A DNA stretch of 63,837 nt, filler included, from Choristocarpus tenellus KU-1152 (GCA_964200185.2; 11 parts of 11 records of this genome joined end to end with filler, not necessarily neighbours in it); one strand, 5' to 3'. Shown: positions 38,748 to 52,150, counted from the first letter of the whole stretch. Notes: a model not told the origin generated them from the sequence alone. Made by a program: numbers and translations.

Positions 38748-41571
38748 GGGGGGCCTCGGAGCTGCAGGGGAAGGGTCGTTACCCCTTGGTGGCGGTGGAG
38801 CAAAATCAGGGATTGGGGGGGGGGGGAAGACACACTATTCTTCCCCTAGGAATAGTAAGAAGAAGATGAGCAAAGGAGGGGTTGGTGGTCTTGCTGGGGC
38901 AGGCAGAGTCCAGCAGGTTAAGGCACAGAATGTTGTGAGGGATGCGTTGGCAGTGATGAGCTCTCCTGGGATCAGGGTGGGGAGGAGTGGGGGCGGTTCT
39001 CCTGGGGATGATGATGTGATTGGTGAGTGGGGTATTGTTGCAAGGTGGTGGTGGTGGGGGGGGGGGTTCAAACAGTTGTTGTTGTGTTGAGGTGGTTGGG
39101 GAATTTTATTATTTTTGGAGGTTAGCGTGATGTTTTGTTGGAATTTTGGTTTTCTTTTTTTATTTATTGTATTTTTATTTTTGGGTTAGGGTTAGGGTTA
39201 GGGTTTTTTTCATTGTATTATTTTTGTTTTTTTAATAGGGATGCTGTTGGTACTGTAGGGGCTGTTGGAGGAGTAATTTTTATTATGGGGGGATATGCAG
39301 TAGTTCCAACAGTATCATCATTATTATTATTATTTATTTATTTTTACTGTTGTTTACTATTGTCATAGGTGTTTTCTATTTCTGTTGTTATTATTGTTGT
39401 TGCAGTATTGTTACTGTTAGAATTTTGTTATTTTTAATGTATTGGAATATCTGTGTTTTATTTGATTTTTTTGAACTTATTGGGTGTTGATTGTGTTTTA
39501 TTTTACTCTGAATATTTTTTATTATTATGTTGAACGGTGAGGTCTGGTCTGTGATACTCCGGAACAAATAAAAAAAAATCAAGCAGGAGAAACCAAAAAA
39601 AAAGTTTTTTTTTAGGGTTGATAAGGGTGAGAGAGAGAAAGAGAGAAAGAGAGAAAGTAGTTGGAGAAGGGGGATAGCAATACTCTGTCCTCACCCTTCA
39701 GTTGGAGGCATGTTTGTAGTTAGGGTTGTGGCTTGCTTTGGGAACAAGGAGCAGGGAGCAGTATGTGTTTCATATCCTCAGGGGGTTTGAAGCAGGGGGT
39801 TGGTGTGGACCTTGGGGGTGGTCACATAGCAGAGGTTTGGTTATGTATGTGGGGTTAGGGTTTAGTTGCGAATACGGTATGATAGTGCAACATACCGTTT
39901 ACGGTTGGTATATGGCATTATACTTGTACAGTTTGTTGTAAGTAATACAAAGTCGTACCACTGTGTCAACTCTAGTAGTTTTTAGTGGTGATGAGAATCG
40001 GAAGATATATATATATAAAAATATAATTGTTTGGAATGTTTTACCCCCTCAAAAAATTGGACTTGATTTTTTTTAGGTATTTAGTAGGTTGGGGTTAGGG
40101 AGGTTGGAGGAGGAGAAGTGTGTTTATTTTGTTATTTTTCACTTTTGTGTAGTGGATTTTTTATTGTTTATTAATGGACTGTTTTTATCTGTCTGTGGTG
40201 GATTGTCCCGGTGGCCGTACCCCTTGCTCTGGAGCTATATGACACTACAATCATATTTTTATTGAAAAATACTTTGGAGTCATGTGTTAATGTTAACCAT
40301 TTGAACCATTTGTTTCTCTTGGTATTGGTATTTTAGTGCGAACTTTTTTTCACATCTTTTTTTTTTAGAGTTATTTGGAGTTAGGTTATTACTTTATCCT
40401 ACTTCATAGCATCTTTTTGTTTTTCACCCTACTCTTAATCTTATCATACCATACTGTATTGTATCTTATGCATGATGTCAGGCATGGAAGATACTTCATC
40501 AGACTCTGCAGGACTGGCTGCAGCCAAGAGCAAGCTCCTCTCCAAGGTCAGGTGGTGTGTTAGCATAGCGAGCAAGATCAAGTTCGGTTGATGTCTAAAC
40601 GTGTGTGTAACCACTGTGTATGGGTGCATATCCAAAACGTTTTTTTTTTGTTGGAGATAAAGCCATGAGTGCGTGTCATTGATGTCACACTTTTTCTACC
40701 CTCCATATTAGAAATGGTGTGGATTGAATTGGGATTAGGGTTAGGGTTGATATGAAGAATGCTTGTTTTTTGTATACTGGCTGAAACAATATGTTTTGGG
40801 AATGACTCTATTTTGTATTATATTTTAAGGCGTATACTGCTTTCGGTGTAGTTTTGAGAATTATGTGATTTTAGTATAGCTTGTGAAGGACCTTAATTGT
40901 AGAGTAGTTGGAGGAGTATATTCTTTGTTGTCTAGTCTGAGAAGTATACTAATTGTAGTATAGTTCAAGAAGTATATTATTTGTAGTATAGTTTGAGATG
41001 TATACTAATTGTAGTATAGTTCAAGAAGTATATTATTTGTAGTATAGTTTGAGATGTATACAAATTGTAGTATAGTTCAAGAAGTATATTATTTGTGGTA
41101 TTGTTTGACAAGTAAATTATTCGAGTATAGTTTGAGTGGATATTATTTGTAGTATAGTTTGAGATGTATACTAATTGTAGTATAGTTCAAGAAGTATATT
41201 ATTTGTAGTATAGTTTGAGATGTATACTAATTTTAGTATAGTTCAAGAAGTATATTATTTGTAGTATAGTTTGAGATGAAATTAGTATCAATGTACTATT
41301 TAATATTTATGTAGCTGCCTTTTCTGAAGTCTCTCAACCTCCTTCCTGAAGCAGTACCACCAATCACATTATTACTATGTATATGTGTATATATATATAT
41401 TAGTGAGTCTCCAAACAAGTCCACCACCCCCTTCCACATGAGACAACAGGTATCACACAAGCACCTCATGGAGAGTGTGGTGCCTATCTTGGTGGCGTTG
41501 AAGCAGGTACTGGAAAGGGTGCACTCTCCTCTCCTTCGCGAGTTGATGAACTACTTCGTTGACCTCTTTAG
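38748..41571 (+). CDS. NCAPD3: Condensin-2 subunit D3, C-terminal region exons ~38748/38850-39022, 40482-40546, 41450-41571
   Basis: NVVRDALAVMSSPGIRV ... AAAKSKLLSKVSHKHLMESVVPILVALKQVLERVHSPLLRELMNYF, matching the CAP-D3 C-terminus. Confidence 0.85.
40870..41278. repeat. Dimeric minisatellite (~56-57 bp unit of two related ~28-bp monomers)
   Basis: Alternating TTGTAGTATAGTTCAAGAAGTATATTAT / TTGTAGTATAGTTTGAGATGTATACTAA. Confidence 0.92.
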
Positions 41572-41702
41572 GTGCCTCCCACCCCCCCCTGTATGCATGT
41601 AGTTGTCGCGATGTTGAGATTGCTCCTATTATGTTTGTTTTTTTAATTTAATTTTTGTGTTTATTCTGTTACTTCATTATTATTGTTATTATTATTGTTA
41701 GG

Positions 41703-41857
41703 AGTCTTGAGTATTGGGGTTGCTGATGCTGGTTAAGTATGTTGAGGACCTTCTTGTACTATTTTAATTATTTTACATCATTATTATTATTGTCACGGGT
41801 CTGGAGTATTGGGGTTGCTGATGCTGGTTAAGTGTGTTGAGGACCTTCTTGTACTAT
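41703..41857. repeat. Direct repeat of ~54 bp (x2)
   Basis: GAGTATTGGGGTTGCTGATGCTGGTTAAGTRTGTTGAGGACCTTCTTGTACTAT occurs twice. Confidence 0.9.
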
Positions 41858-42264
41858 GGGCTATCTACACTGTGTAGGTGATATTTTTGTGCACGTGGGT
41901 CTGTATCTGGATACGTGCAGGGGCACATAATTGTTGGCATATGTATTATATATGTATATATGTATTGTATTTAGGGCATGCAATTGGTACATGCATGCAT
42001 ATATAGTGTGTTTTTAGTGTATGTGTGTAAGTATGAAGTATACTTTTTGTTACAGTATGTAAGATGGGTTATGCAGAATGCATATTCCTTGTGTGTGCTT
42101 GGGTGTATGTATTATACCCAAGGTATCTGGGTCTTGTCTCAGTCTAAACCAAAGTTTCTGGGGGNNNNNNNNNNNNNNNNNNNNNNNNNNNNNNNNNNNN
42201 NNNNNNNNTTAATTAATTAANNNNNNNNNNNNNNNNNNNNNNNNNNNNNNNNNNNNNNNNNNNN

Positions 42265-42470
42265 GTTGCGATTTTGATGTAATTTTGGCTATCGTGTTTG
42301 CTAGGAAGTGTCAATATCCTTGTTCCGGACACACCTTTTCATGACGTATACATTTTTCCTAGTCCGAAACATTTTGGGGTAGTAAAATGTCATAAAAAGA
42401 GACCATGGGAAAGCTAAGACCCAAATGGACAAACAGGGGAAAGCTCGTACCTTCTAAGATATTTTCACTC
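42265..42470 (+). mobile_element. MITE family A, truncated by contig start
   Basis: Matches A internal sequence and TIR (AAGATATTTTCACTC). Confidence 0.9.
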
Positions 42471-42607
42471 AATTATGTGCGAGTGACTGCTCAAATAAAT
42501 TTGTACAATTTTTCTTCTATATGATTCCTAAACTAGACTTCAAGCCCCATGTTCTATTTATAACACTATTGGTACCAGATCGACCAGCACGCCAACAACA
42601 GGTGAGG

Positions 42608-42730
42608 GATAACCTGGAAAAGCGCACTTACATTATCCATCCGACGTGTGCAACCAAATAACCCAAAAATAGTGACATGCAAAACATTGGCCCCAAATGA
42701 ACCGCCACCCCGCGCCCCCCAGATACTTTG
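42608..42730 (+). mobile_element. MITE family B, partial
   Basis: AAAAGCGCACTTACATTATCCATCCGACG...CAGATACTTTG. Confidence 0.8.
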
Positions 42731-42952
42731 TGTATTGTGCAAGTTTTAGGCAGGAGCAACGTCCCTTGAAGGCCTTATTAGCTACCTAGTGGTACCAAGC
42801 ATGCTGTGCACCAATAAAAGACTCTTGGGAATTGACGGGACCCTATATATATATATATGTATGTGCCCAGGAGATGGCAAAGCTTTGCCGTTTTAATTTG
42901 TATGAGTTGATTGTACCAGTAGTGACTACTAGTGCATGGCACGGCGCTTGGG

Positions 42953-43465
42953 ATGAACACCCTGCTCAGGTTGTCCTACCATGAGAATGTTGTGCGCCTG
43001 TTGACATTTTCAGCAAACAAGGTGAACTTGTCCATGACCATGGAGGCTGGTCAGAAAAGCCTCCATGACATGGTCGACTCTGAAAGGGACGAGGTTGGGC
43101 TGATCCTGACTGAGGTGCGTTGAAAAGTCCACAGCGTTGGTATCATGTGCCAGGATGGCGTGTTGGATTGAAGTGGCATTGGGTATCGGGTTCTTGAATG
43201 GTAGGCCTGCAAGCACATTCTGCAATGATATGCAAAATATTATCATCCTTCCTGCCCTTGCTGCACTCAGCAGTCGGCCACTCAGTCCATCACTTGCACA
43301 TAATATTCTGTACTCTACACCCAGGTCCTTCACAGAGTGTGCAAGGGGCATAGCTTACTCACATGCAATGAATCTTGTCCACTCCGATATCAGGTTGCAA
43401 AACTTGATGTTGAAAGTGGAGGGTGGCCAGGAGGGTTGTTATCGACTTTGGTCGCACGTGTGGTG
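42953..43465 (+). pseudogene. Protein kinase pseudogene fragment
   Basis: HENVVRLL, ECARGIAYSH, VHSDIRLQNLM and IDFG. Frameshifts after the acceptor at ~43325 and before DFG. Confidence 0.8.
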
Positions 43466-43474
43466 AGTACAATA

Positions 43475-43731
43475 GAGTAAAAGTATCTTAGAGGGTACGA
43501 GTTTTTCCCTGTTTGTCCATTTAGGGCTTGGCTTCCCACGGGTTTTCAGTGACATTTTACTTACTCAAAATGTTTTGGAGTTGGTAAAATGTTTACGTTA
43601 TGAAAAGGAGTGTCCAGAACACGGATATTGACATCTCCAAAGAAAAATAATAGCCAAAAATATATCGAAATTGCAACATTGGATTTGACCCCCAAATGGA
43701 CACGGCACTACCCTCTTAGATACTTGGACTC
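43475..43731 (-). mobile_element. MITE family A, full copy, TSD AATA
   Basis: TIRs present; AATA on both flanks. Confidence 0.93.
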
Positions 43732-46700
43732 AATAGTGGGCTGAAGTAGGGTGATATCTGGTTGAAATTTCTATTTCATTTCTGTGTGTATTGACCAGAC
43801 ATCCAGCAACCCTACCACACTCCACAACAAGAAAGTAAGTTGTCATTTCACATACTAGTAAGAAATCACTCCTTTTGCACAGCATCAAACGGCACTCTGA
43901 CAGTGAAACTCCTACTACTCTCACCATTCCACTGTTTCCGTTTCGACTCAACATTTTGCTTCGGTCCTTGTATACCTTGCTTCACCTTTGAGACAAGGTG
44001 ATGAGTAGACTTCTGGGTTTAGAGGGATGGGTACGGTGGGGGAAGGATCTAGTATCTCTCAAGGAGAATCTGGCCACATTAGCGCCTGCCAATGATAGTG
44101 TAACAACATCGTGCTACACCTGAAGAAAAATGTAATATACTTGGCAGGTATATACACTTTGAAAGCTCTATAGACATACGGGGAGAGAGAGAGAGAGTTG
44201 CATACACCGCTGCCATCTTTATGCCATGGGATAATTGCAGTATGGCATGAGTCGTAGTCCCTCCTCCAACTACAACTCGTCCCAGTGCTGTATTCCAGAT
44301 CCCAACCTCTTCACATATTCCTGTAGGTAGACTCGTCAAGTAGCCCATTTGGTGCCAAGACCTACCTACAAATGCACAAACAACAACAATATGCTTTTCA
44401 GGTAGAAGCTTCTCACATCCCCTCAAATCGACATGCATGTACATCGACTTGCTACTATAACACCACAGTGCATTACTTTGGTGGAGTTGATTCTACCCAC
44501 TTCCACCCTTACCAACATGTTCCATGCATAGCTATCACAGGCGCACCACATATCAGCACTCACCATCGAATTTCTCTCTACCCCACCGTCCCACCCAATG
44601 CTAATGCTAACACAACAATATGTACACAATAACACTACCACAATGAAAGGTTGTCACATGTTTATACATTTGATGAACATGAGGTAAGCCTCTCTGCAAT
44701 CCAAAACACAGGTAGCCCCAAAATTCGGAACAAACACCTTTTTGTACACTTGAACGTCATTACACGTGAATGACTTCCATCACGAAACTACCGCTTCTCT
44801 GTACAACATTGTGGATAACTCAAGCCTCCTGGGAGTTGGCTTTGCACAACCTTGGTCCACAAGAAGGTGGAACATCTGACACAATACCAATGGTTCTACT
44901 CAGCCCAGAATCAAAACTGGCAGAACAACATTGTGGCAAAGCCCAGACAATTTCACTCTAGTATATCGTTTGAGAAGGGACACTACTGACAACAAGGCTT
45001 AGGAAAACAGTGGAAGAATAAGGAAAGGCTGAACATGACCTGTGACAATATCCAAGTGGATGGCGTCAAACCCAGTTGAAATTGCAGCAGGGACCATGGG
45101 AATGTTGCCAACTTTGACAGCGGGAGGGATGAGGATATCCTTGTGGATCGCCTCAAAGCCAGGGGTGGGGACGTGGATGGGCATCAATGGTAGAATTTGA
45201 AACCCTTGGGGAAGGTGGGGGCGGTGGGGGGGGCGGGGGGGGACCCGGATGGTTGTCAATGATAGATGGTCAAATCCAGGAGGAGAGGGGGCGGGGTGGT
45301 GTTTGTGGTTGTCAATGGTAGAATTCGAAACCCTGGGGAAGGGGGGAAGGGGGGAACCTAGAGGGAGATCAATGGTAAATAGTGAAGTCTCGGAGGTGGG
45401 GGAAGAGGATCATTGGGTATGGGCCTGGGGGAATATCTGGCGAATCCAGGCGGGGGGGGGGATTGCTTCAAAGAAGGGGGGGATGGAGGGCAGCACGGCA
45501 GGCGCAAGGGGAGGGGAGGGGCTCTTCAAAATGGACAACCACAGATCCAGGNNNNNNNNNNNNNNNNNNNNNNNNNNNNNNNNNNNNNNNNNNNNTTAAT
45601 TAATTAANNNNNNNNNNNNNNNNNNNNNNNNNNNNNNNNNNNNNNNNNNNNGCTCCGACACCTTGATGTAGCCCTTAGCTAGGAAGTCTCTCTCCCATTT
45701 ACTCACAGTTTCCGACCTGACCATAGCATATCCTGCCATCTCGAGCGTCGTTTGACAGTCTTTCCCGTCGTTCATACACAGGTACAGGATTCATAGTGTT
45801 AGAGCCCTTACTATCACATTTCCTCGTTGAGCGCCGGAAATGGGCGTCGTCCGTGTTTCCTGGGCGAGTGATATTTAATCACCAAGGCGCAAGGACGAGG
45901 GAGGACAGGCTTGAGTTGATATTCATACATTGATTTGATTTCTTGAATTAATGTAGGCTGGGAGAAAGTCTTAATCAACTATATACATCCAACCCTAAGT
46001 CTAGGAACAAAGATGAATGGACGGCATCTTGCAATAAGTGGGAGACACCAAACCATCGGTATGCAAATAGTCTCTATCTCACCTCCTCTTCTTCACTTGC
46101 GTCCTCGTCAATGGCTACCTCCACCAGCTTCACGACCTCTTCTAAGTAGAGGATTTGGTGACATCGAAAAGTCTCCACAGCTGCCTTTGTTACGATCACT
46201 TTCTCCTCCTCCTTGTGAGCCCTTTCGAACTTCTTCCGGGATTCAGAGCCCTTGTAGCCCAACCCTAACACCTTTCTCGTTTCCTTAAGCCACTCCGGCT
46301 CGCCTAGCTTCCAAACAGCTATTCTACACCCTGGTTTTCGCATAGGTGTTTCCTGTGCGCAATGAGACGTAGTCGCACTGCTCTCCTCCCCAACCTTCCC
46401 TTTGGCCGACCATTATGATTCTCCCTTCGCCCACCGTGACCAGGCTTCCCCACAGACTTCGTTACTGTACCACCTGGTGATGGACTCGCCGCTCTCTTCC
46501 TGCTTTCCCGAGGCGGCAGAGACTGCAGAGCAGTGCTCCGTCGTGGTCGAGGATCCAATCACGTTTGTGTGGTAATGCTTTCCATGCATCTTCTCTCACC
46601 ATCAGTACCACGGTCGCGAGATCCATTTCGTGATTTGATCATGCTGCTGCGCCACACTAGTCGCACTTTCTTGCCACCACACAGTACTTGCTTTTCTGTC

Positions 46701-48735
46701 GCCTCTCGACACAGAAGGTGCCGAGGGTAGATCCAGGGGGCAGAGTAGCCTCGAGAGCTCTCCTTGTCTCACCGTCGTGGTTCATGTTGCTGTGTGGGTG
46801 ACGTGTGTGTGTTCTCACAGAAAGTCTGCAAAAGGCGTTAAAAAGATGTCCCCAAATCTTGGGACTTTCTTCGGTATCACCACACTCTCTTGTGTTCAGG
46901 TGAAAAAAATCTAGAACGTCAAAGAGGGCGAAGCTACTGGTACCACCTTAAGCGTGATAATTTATAAATGAATCTGAGTTTTTTGTGAGTGTGAGAATTC
47001 GCTGTTGTAGGCAAGCAAACTACGTGACGTCTGACAAAGAAAAATGTTTCAAAGGAGGAGAGCATGAGCATAAACAATAGCGACAGAGAGGGGTAGGGAG
47101 GGTGTACAAAGGTTATCGATTGGATACCTTGAAAGTAGGCTCGGTAGTTGGGAAGTTAACAGAAGTGTTATAAGTGCCATTGGGTGGGCAGAGGCTGAGG
47201 AAGGGTAGAGAGGAAAAGGACAAATTTGAAGGGTTAGGCCAAGGGAACATCTGAGCAATCTTTCCCACAGGGGAGAAGTGGAGTTTCGGCAGCAAAGCTA
47301 GAGATGTGTGCTCAAGTACACGAAGCGGTATAAGCAAGCTTCCGAGTATTGGTGTTGAAATTAACATTGTCGGGCATATATAGTGTAGGGTGGTATCTGG
47401 TGGAACTGGGGATTAGTGTTGAAGTTGACAGAGTCGGGTATATTGTACGTTGGTATCTGGTATTATCCATAGTTTAGAAGTGATAGCTGAGGACAAGGCA
47501 TGGTGCTAGGGTTGGTGCAAAGGGATAGATGAATCAGTTCGTAGTCAGGTCTAAGCGAGCAGTAGTAGTCCGTGCAATTCCGGTCGCAATTGCTAATAAA
47601 TATTCCTGGATATCCATGATAGAACTGGCAGGTTAGTGTACACAGTATAGGGTGGTAAATTTTTGGACACCACACAAAAGTCGTAGTCAGGGAGGTGCAT
47701 CGGGCCTACCTGACGAGTTGCAGATGATGGTGCCGTTCCTGTCACCGACATCGACATTTGGCATCTGTGCTGAAATCAACTATTTTGGATCATGGTAGGG
47801 TGGAAAATGACCTGATACTCCGAAGGAGTCATAAATGAAGGACAGAGGGTGATAAGAGGGTGGTAACTAGGGATAGATACACTTGTGTGGAGGCACGATT
47901 AAGCGATCAGTAGTAGTTTATTCCACTCTGGTTGCAAGCAAGGATACTCCTTGGCATACGTCATGAAATTGACAGATTAGGTCACATCCTAGAGTGGCAG
48001 TTGGCTTTACAATCACAAACCTAATTACTCAGTCGAAGCAAACGAGAGGTACCCAGGTTTGGGCGTTTTGCATTTTATGTCTGTTTTTCAATCTTTTAGA
48101 AATCACCCATATTTCTATGGATGAAGTTCTGAGTATGGGTTGAGAGTGGTTGTTTCTCTGATATTTATAACATTTCCCGTACAATTCAGAAATATATACA
48201 TATATACACATTTGAAAAAAAGGCTGAATTTTGCACGTACTTGACAGCATCCATAAAATGCAGCTTTGGGCACTTCTGTCTACGTTGACTCACTGGGGAA
48301 CTGATGTATAGACGGAATCAGTTGCAGAATTTGTTTGTTCTTGCCACAAGCATCGCCAGCCGTTGACAACCATGATGGAATTGCTAGATAGGACACACTG
48401 GATGGTGGTTGCTGTTTGGATAATCTGGGAAAGTCGTCGCTGGGGGGATTCGGCAGGATAATAGGGTTGGCATATAGGGATATATATATGCACATATGGT
48501 CATAGTCATGTTAAGTGAGCAGTAGTAGTCCGTGCCACTCTCGTCACACTTAACGATATCTGAAGAGAGAGAGAGAGAGAGAGAACACTGTAGTCGTGGG
48601 AGCTCCTGTAGGATATTGGGTAACTCACAGCATCTGTAGTGAGTCGTATTAGGGTCCCTAAATTCATTTTTTTAAGTTGATAAATGTACCTCTATAGTAT
48701 TATATATTATTATGCCGTCTGGCATGTTGTAGATG

Positions 48736-48862
48736 TGTTACAGGCGAATAGCGTGAGCGTTTCTTCTTGTATTTCAACAAAGTTTGAGCATTTGTTACAC
48801 ACGAATAGCGCGAACATTTTCTCCTCATGTGTTAGGAAATACGAACATTTGTAACAGACATA
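48736..48862 (+). mobile_element. Element C, left part truncated by contig end
   Basis: Near-identical to 24902-25028. Confidence 0.85.
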
Positions 48863-48962
48863 NNNNNNNNNNNNNNNNNNNNNNNNNNNNNNNNNNNNNN
48901 NNNNNNTTAATTAATTAANNNNNNNNNNNNNNNNNNNNNNNNNNNNNNNNNNNNNNNNNNNN

Positions 48963-49034
48963 GATACTTTGGCTCATGCGAAAATGAACCCCAAATGGAC
49001 AGCCGTCACCCCCCCCCCCCAGATTCTTTGAGCC
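48963..49034 (+). mobile_element. Family A terminus (48963-48975) followed by family B right end
   Basis: GATACTTTGGCTC then ATGCGAAAATGAACCCCAAATGGACAGCC...TTTGAGCC. Confidence 0.75.
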
Positions 49035-49553
49035 TTGGTCCTGATACAACAGTACTTGATCATAGTGTCACGCAGGCCTTCGGTGCAATCCTCGATCGGC
49101 AAGAACAACGTGTCTCTCATTCCACAACAGTTTTTGTAACAATTCCAGCAATATATCACATCACAAGGACCCCACACAACAAGTGCATGATACCAGTGCT
49201 ACTCCTTCATGCTCTGTGATGAGTGCGCAACATGATTTTGAACCTGTACCCGTCCGTTTGCATAAACTGTATAGTATACCACCTCATCATGAAATCACTG
49301 CACATCGCACAACTGCTGACAGCCCGTCCCTTGATACTGCTGATGTGGTGAAGCCAAGCATACATTCCATACCTGAGGTGGACAAGTACAATGAACCCAA
49401 GCATCCATGGAATTGTATCTTTGTGGCTCGGACTCTCAGTACCTTAATTGGCAAACACTAAATCAGTGTTAGTTCCGTTGGCAAACGACCGCACGTAGGT
49501 TATTATCAAGAACACCTTGTGATTGACCACTTGAACCCCAAATTCTGATCAGA

Positions 49554-49730
49554 GGCTCAAAGTATACAGGGGGGGGGTTTCGGCTGTCTATTCGGGGCCC
49601 ATTGCCCTTGTCGCAATTTTTGGGTGATTTGGTTGCATGCATCCGATGGATAATGTAAGCTCACTTCTCTGGTCAGGACCCGAATGGACACCCTTGTGTA
49701 GATCCCCCCCACCCCCAGATACTTTGAGAC
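49554..49730 (-). mobile_element. MITE family B, full copy, TSD AGA
   Basis: GGCTCAAAGTATAC...CAGATACTTTGAGAC; AGA on both flanks. Confidence 0.88.
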
Positions 49731-49939
49731 AGACACCGCTTACCGATAAAAATCAATATAATAGTGGATTCTGCCTCGTTCAGTGAAACTAGAGAGGAGT
49801 TACATCATGCTTTCAGTAAGACAAATGTTTTCAAAGATACCACATTCAACTCATCACAAGTATGTCTCAACTCTTAGACCTGTGTGCTCGTTATAGATTG
49901 ATATTCTTATTGAATGCAAGATGCACTCTATCTGATGCT

Positions 49940-51135
49940 CAGAAATTCCTATTGAGCCTGGTACCAAGCCCATCGGTAGGAACCCGTACAGAACAAGCCC
50001 TCGTACTCAAGACTTGATTGATTCGTGTGTTAAAACAATGGAAGAACAACGTATTATTGAAAAACGTGTCATCCCTTGGAGTAGTCCTGTTAGCATTGTA
50101 GACAAATCTGATGGCTCTCCAAGTTTCTGTGTAGACTACCGCTTGACTGATAACAAACACCTTGTTCGACAGACTTAGGCTATGCCTTAGTGTATAGAAT
50201 CGCATGTTGATACCCTGGGTAGTGCTAAATTTATCAATGATTATGATGCTCAGAGTGCGTATAGGTAGGTTCCATTTGCTGAAGCTGATATTGATGACAA
50301 GATTGTTTTTGTCACTTTCAGAGGCAAATATGTTCATTTAAGAGGATCCCGTATAGGGTATCAAATACTCCCCCAGGCAATTTTAAAGAAAAAGTCATGT
50401 TGTTTAGAGGCTTTGTCAGCTTTGACCCGTTTAGTGGTTTGCTGGTTTACATTAAAGATTTGATTGCTTGTTCTGTTAGGTGGGAAGGGTATTCGCACTT
50501 ACTAGAGCAACAGTTCATACCTTTGAAAGCAGCAGGTTTAACCTTCAAACCGTCAAAAATTCAGTTTGGGTCTAAGGAAGTCCTTTTCCTGGGTCGCGAT
50601 TTATCATCTGAAGGGATTCGCATTGGCGAAGGAGCCAAACCAATTGAGAAATACTGGTTTGGACCCTTCTGAGTTCTAGGCCGTCGTTCTTAACCTGTGC
50701 AAAAACTCTATTTCATTGCTTTTATGTGCACAATAGTGTACGCAAAGTATATAATTCCCCTTTCCACACACAAAGTGACACCATGTACAGGAGTAAATTA
50801 TCTTTTCTGCAATTGCTCAAAATGACAGCTTTTCGCGCTTTCTTCGGATCTACCCTGCCTACCTCTCAATTAGTTTGGTTCAAGATCGTATTCGTCGTGC
50901 CATCATTGAAGTACCTAAACCCACTATGAACCTCGATTTTCCTAGGTATGACTAATTTTGTTTTCAACCTTACCATAGTCATCGAACCGTTAGTTCGTGT
51001 TACTAAGAAAGGTGCCAGCAAGAAAAATGTTAAAGAATAGGGATTGGACCAGGATGTGGCATTTTAAAAAGTGAAAGTATTACTCACAGCAGGCCTGGCG
51101 CTCGTATTTCCTGACCTTACCAAAGGGTTCGTTGC
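49940..51135 (+). mobile_element. Ty3/Gypsy pol pseudogene (RT and connection/RNase H start)
   Basis: IPIEPGTKPI..NPYRTSP, PWSSPVSIVDKSDGSPSFCVDYR, LVYIKDLI (YxDD decayed), GLTFKPSK, LVFPDLTKGF. Contains stops and frameshifts. Confidence 0.92.
50632..50881. mobile_element. MITE E inserted in Gypsy RT, TSD AAG
   Basis: TIRs GAGCCAAACCAATTGAGA / TCTCAATTAGTTTGGTTC. Removing it restores GIRIGEDRIR. Confidence 0.85.
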
Positions 51136-51469
51136 GGCAACTATCTGCACTGGTGGAACAGTGGTATCTCAATAATCTGACAAGATCAGAGAGACTGGGA
51201 TCTAACCCAGCATAATCCGTTGACCATCACCCCACTAATCGCGCACTCTCCCCTAGCGGTCGTTTCACTCTTTACTTTTCCTCTTTCGTTCATCTCAGGA
51301 CCACATTCTATCTGTTTATCCTCCCGCTATAGGGAGTGAGTAAAGCGGTCCAGTCAGATTTCGTTCCCACAACCTCTGATATTGTTCTAAGCATTAAAAT
51401 ATCACTGTTCCAAGGGGGCAGACAGTCTTCCGGTGGAACAGTGGTATCTCAATGGTTTAACATCAATAT

Positions 51470-51745
51470 CAAGACCCCCCAAATTCAATCCAACACTGGA
51501 CATGCACCCAAATATGCAAACATGCACTTGGTGTCACGCCGGTGTACAACTTTGGGACTGCTTCTGTACTTGGCAGCCTCGCGAATTGCGTTGGCAATAT
51601 CTAGTCTGGTCGTGACAGCTGTTCGCATCAAACAACCGACAGTCTTTTTGTATGGGACATTATCATTAATACTTAAATAGTCCTCATTCTTGTCTAAAGT
51701 CCTTGAGAGATCATGGGGTACCGCCCTTTTCTTTGCCCCATCCAT
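51470..51745 (-). mobile_element. Ty1/Copia RT C-terminal fragment
   Basis: VPYKKTVGCLMRTAVTTRLDIANAIREAAKY..P..VH...K.MF.YL, matching the Copia PY..AVGSL....TRPDI motif. Confidence 0.88.
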
Positions 51746-52075
51746 TGATAAACACTATAAAACACGGTAAGTGTGAAAACCGCTAATCTATCAGTTCCTT
51801 CACCACTATCAATATTGTACTACTATCTACCTGTGCTTCCCATCTACCTACTCCTGTGCCCCAGGGGGGGGAGCTAGGGAGGCATCCCAAGAATCCAACA
51901 GACCCCTCCGTGCCCATCTCCCTGGTGAATCTAGTTTAAAGCGCATGACACNNNNNNNNNNNNNNNNNNNNNNNNNNNNNNNNNNNNNNNNNNNNTTAAT
52001 TAATTAANNNNNNNNNNNNNNNNNNNNNNNNNNNNNNNNNNNNNNNNNNNNGGGAGGTTTGCCAGTCAAGAAAAT

Positions 52076-52150
52076 GACCCAAAATATCTGGGGGGGGGGC
52101 GGGGGCGGGTATACACCAGGGTGTCCATTTGGACCATATCTCACTTTCAC
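52076..52150 (+). mobile_element. MITE family B, left-end fragment
   Basis: GACCCAAAATATCTGGGGG...ACACCAGGGTGTCCATTTGGACC. Confidence 0.7.

Noticed and set aside
40870-41278. CRISPR-like appearance
   Set aside because: The intervening sequences are not unique, there are no cas genes, and it lies in a eukaryotic intron.
33456-41571. Single fused AT-hook/DDT-NCAPD3 gene
   Set aside because: The two parts are separated by an artificial linker at 38648-38747.
44080-48560. Possible Helitron, gag or LINE remnants
   Set aside because: Composition suggests decayed TEs and there is a ~50-bp repeat (~47540/~48500), but no motif is strong enough to classify.
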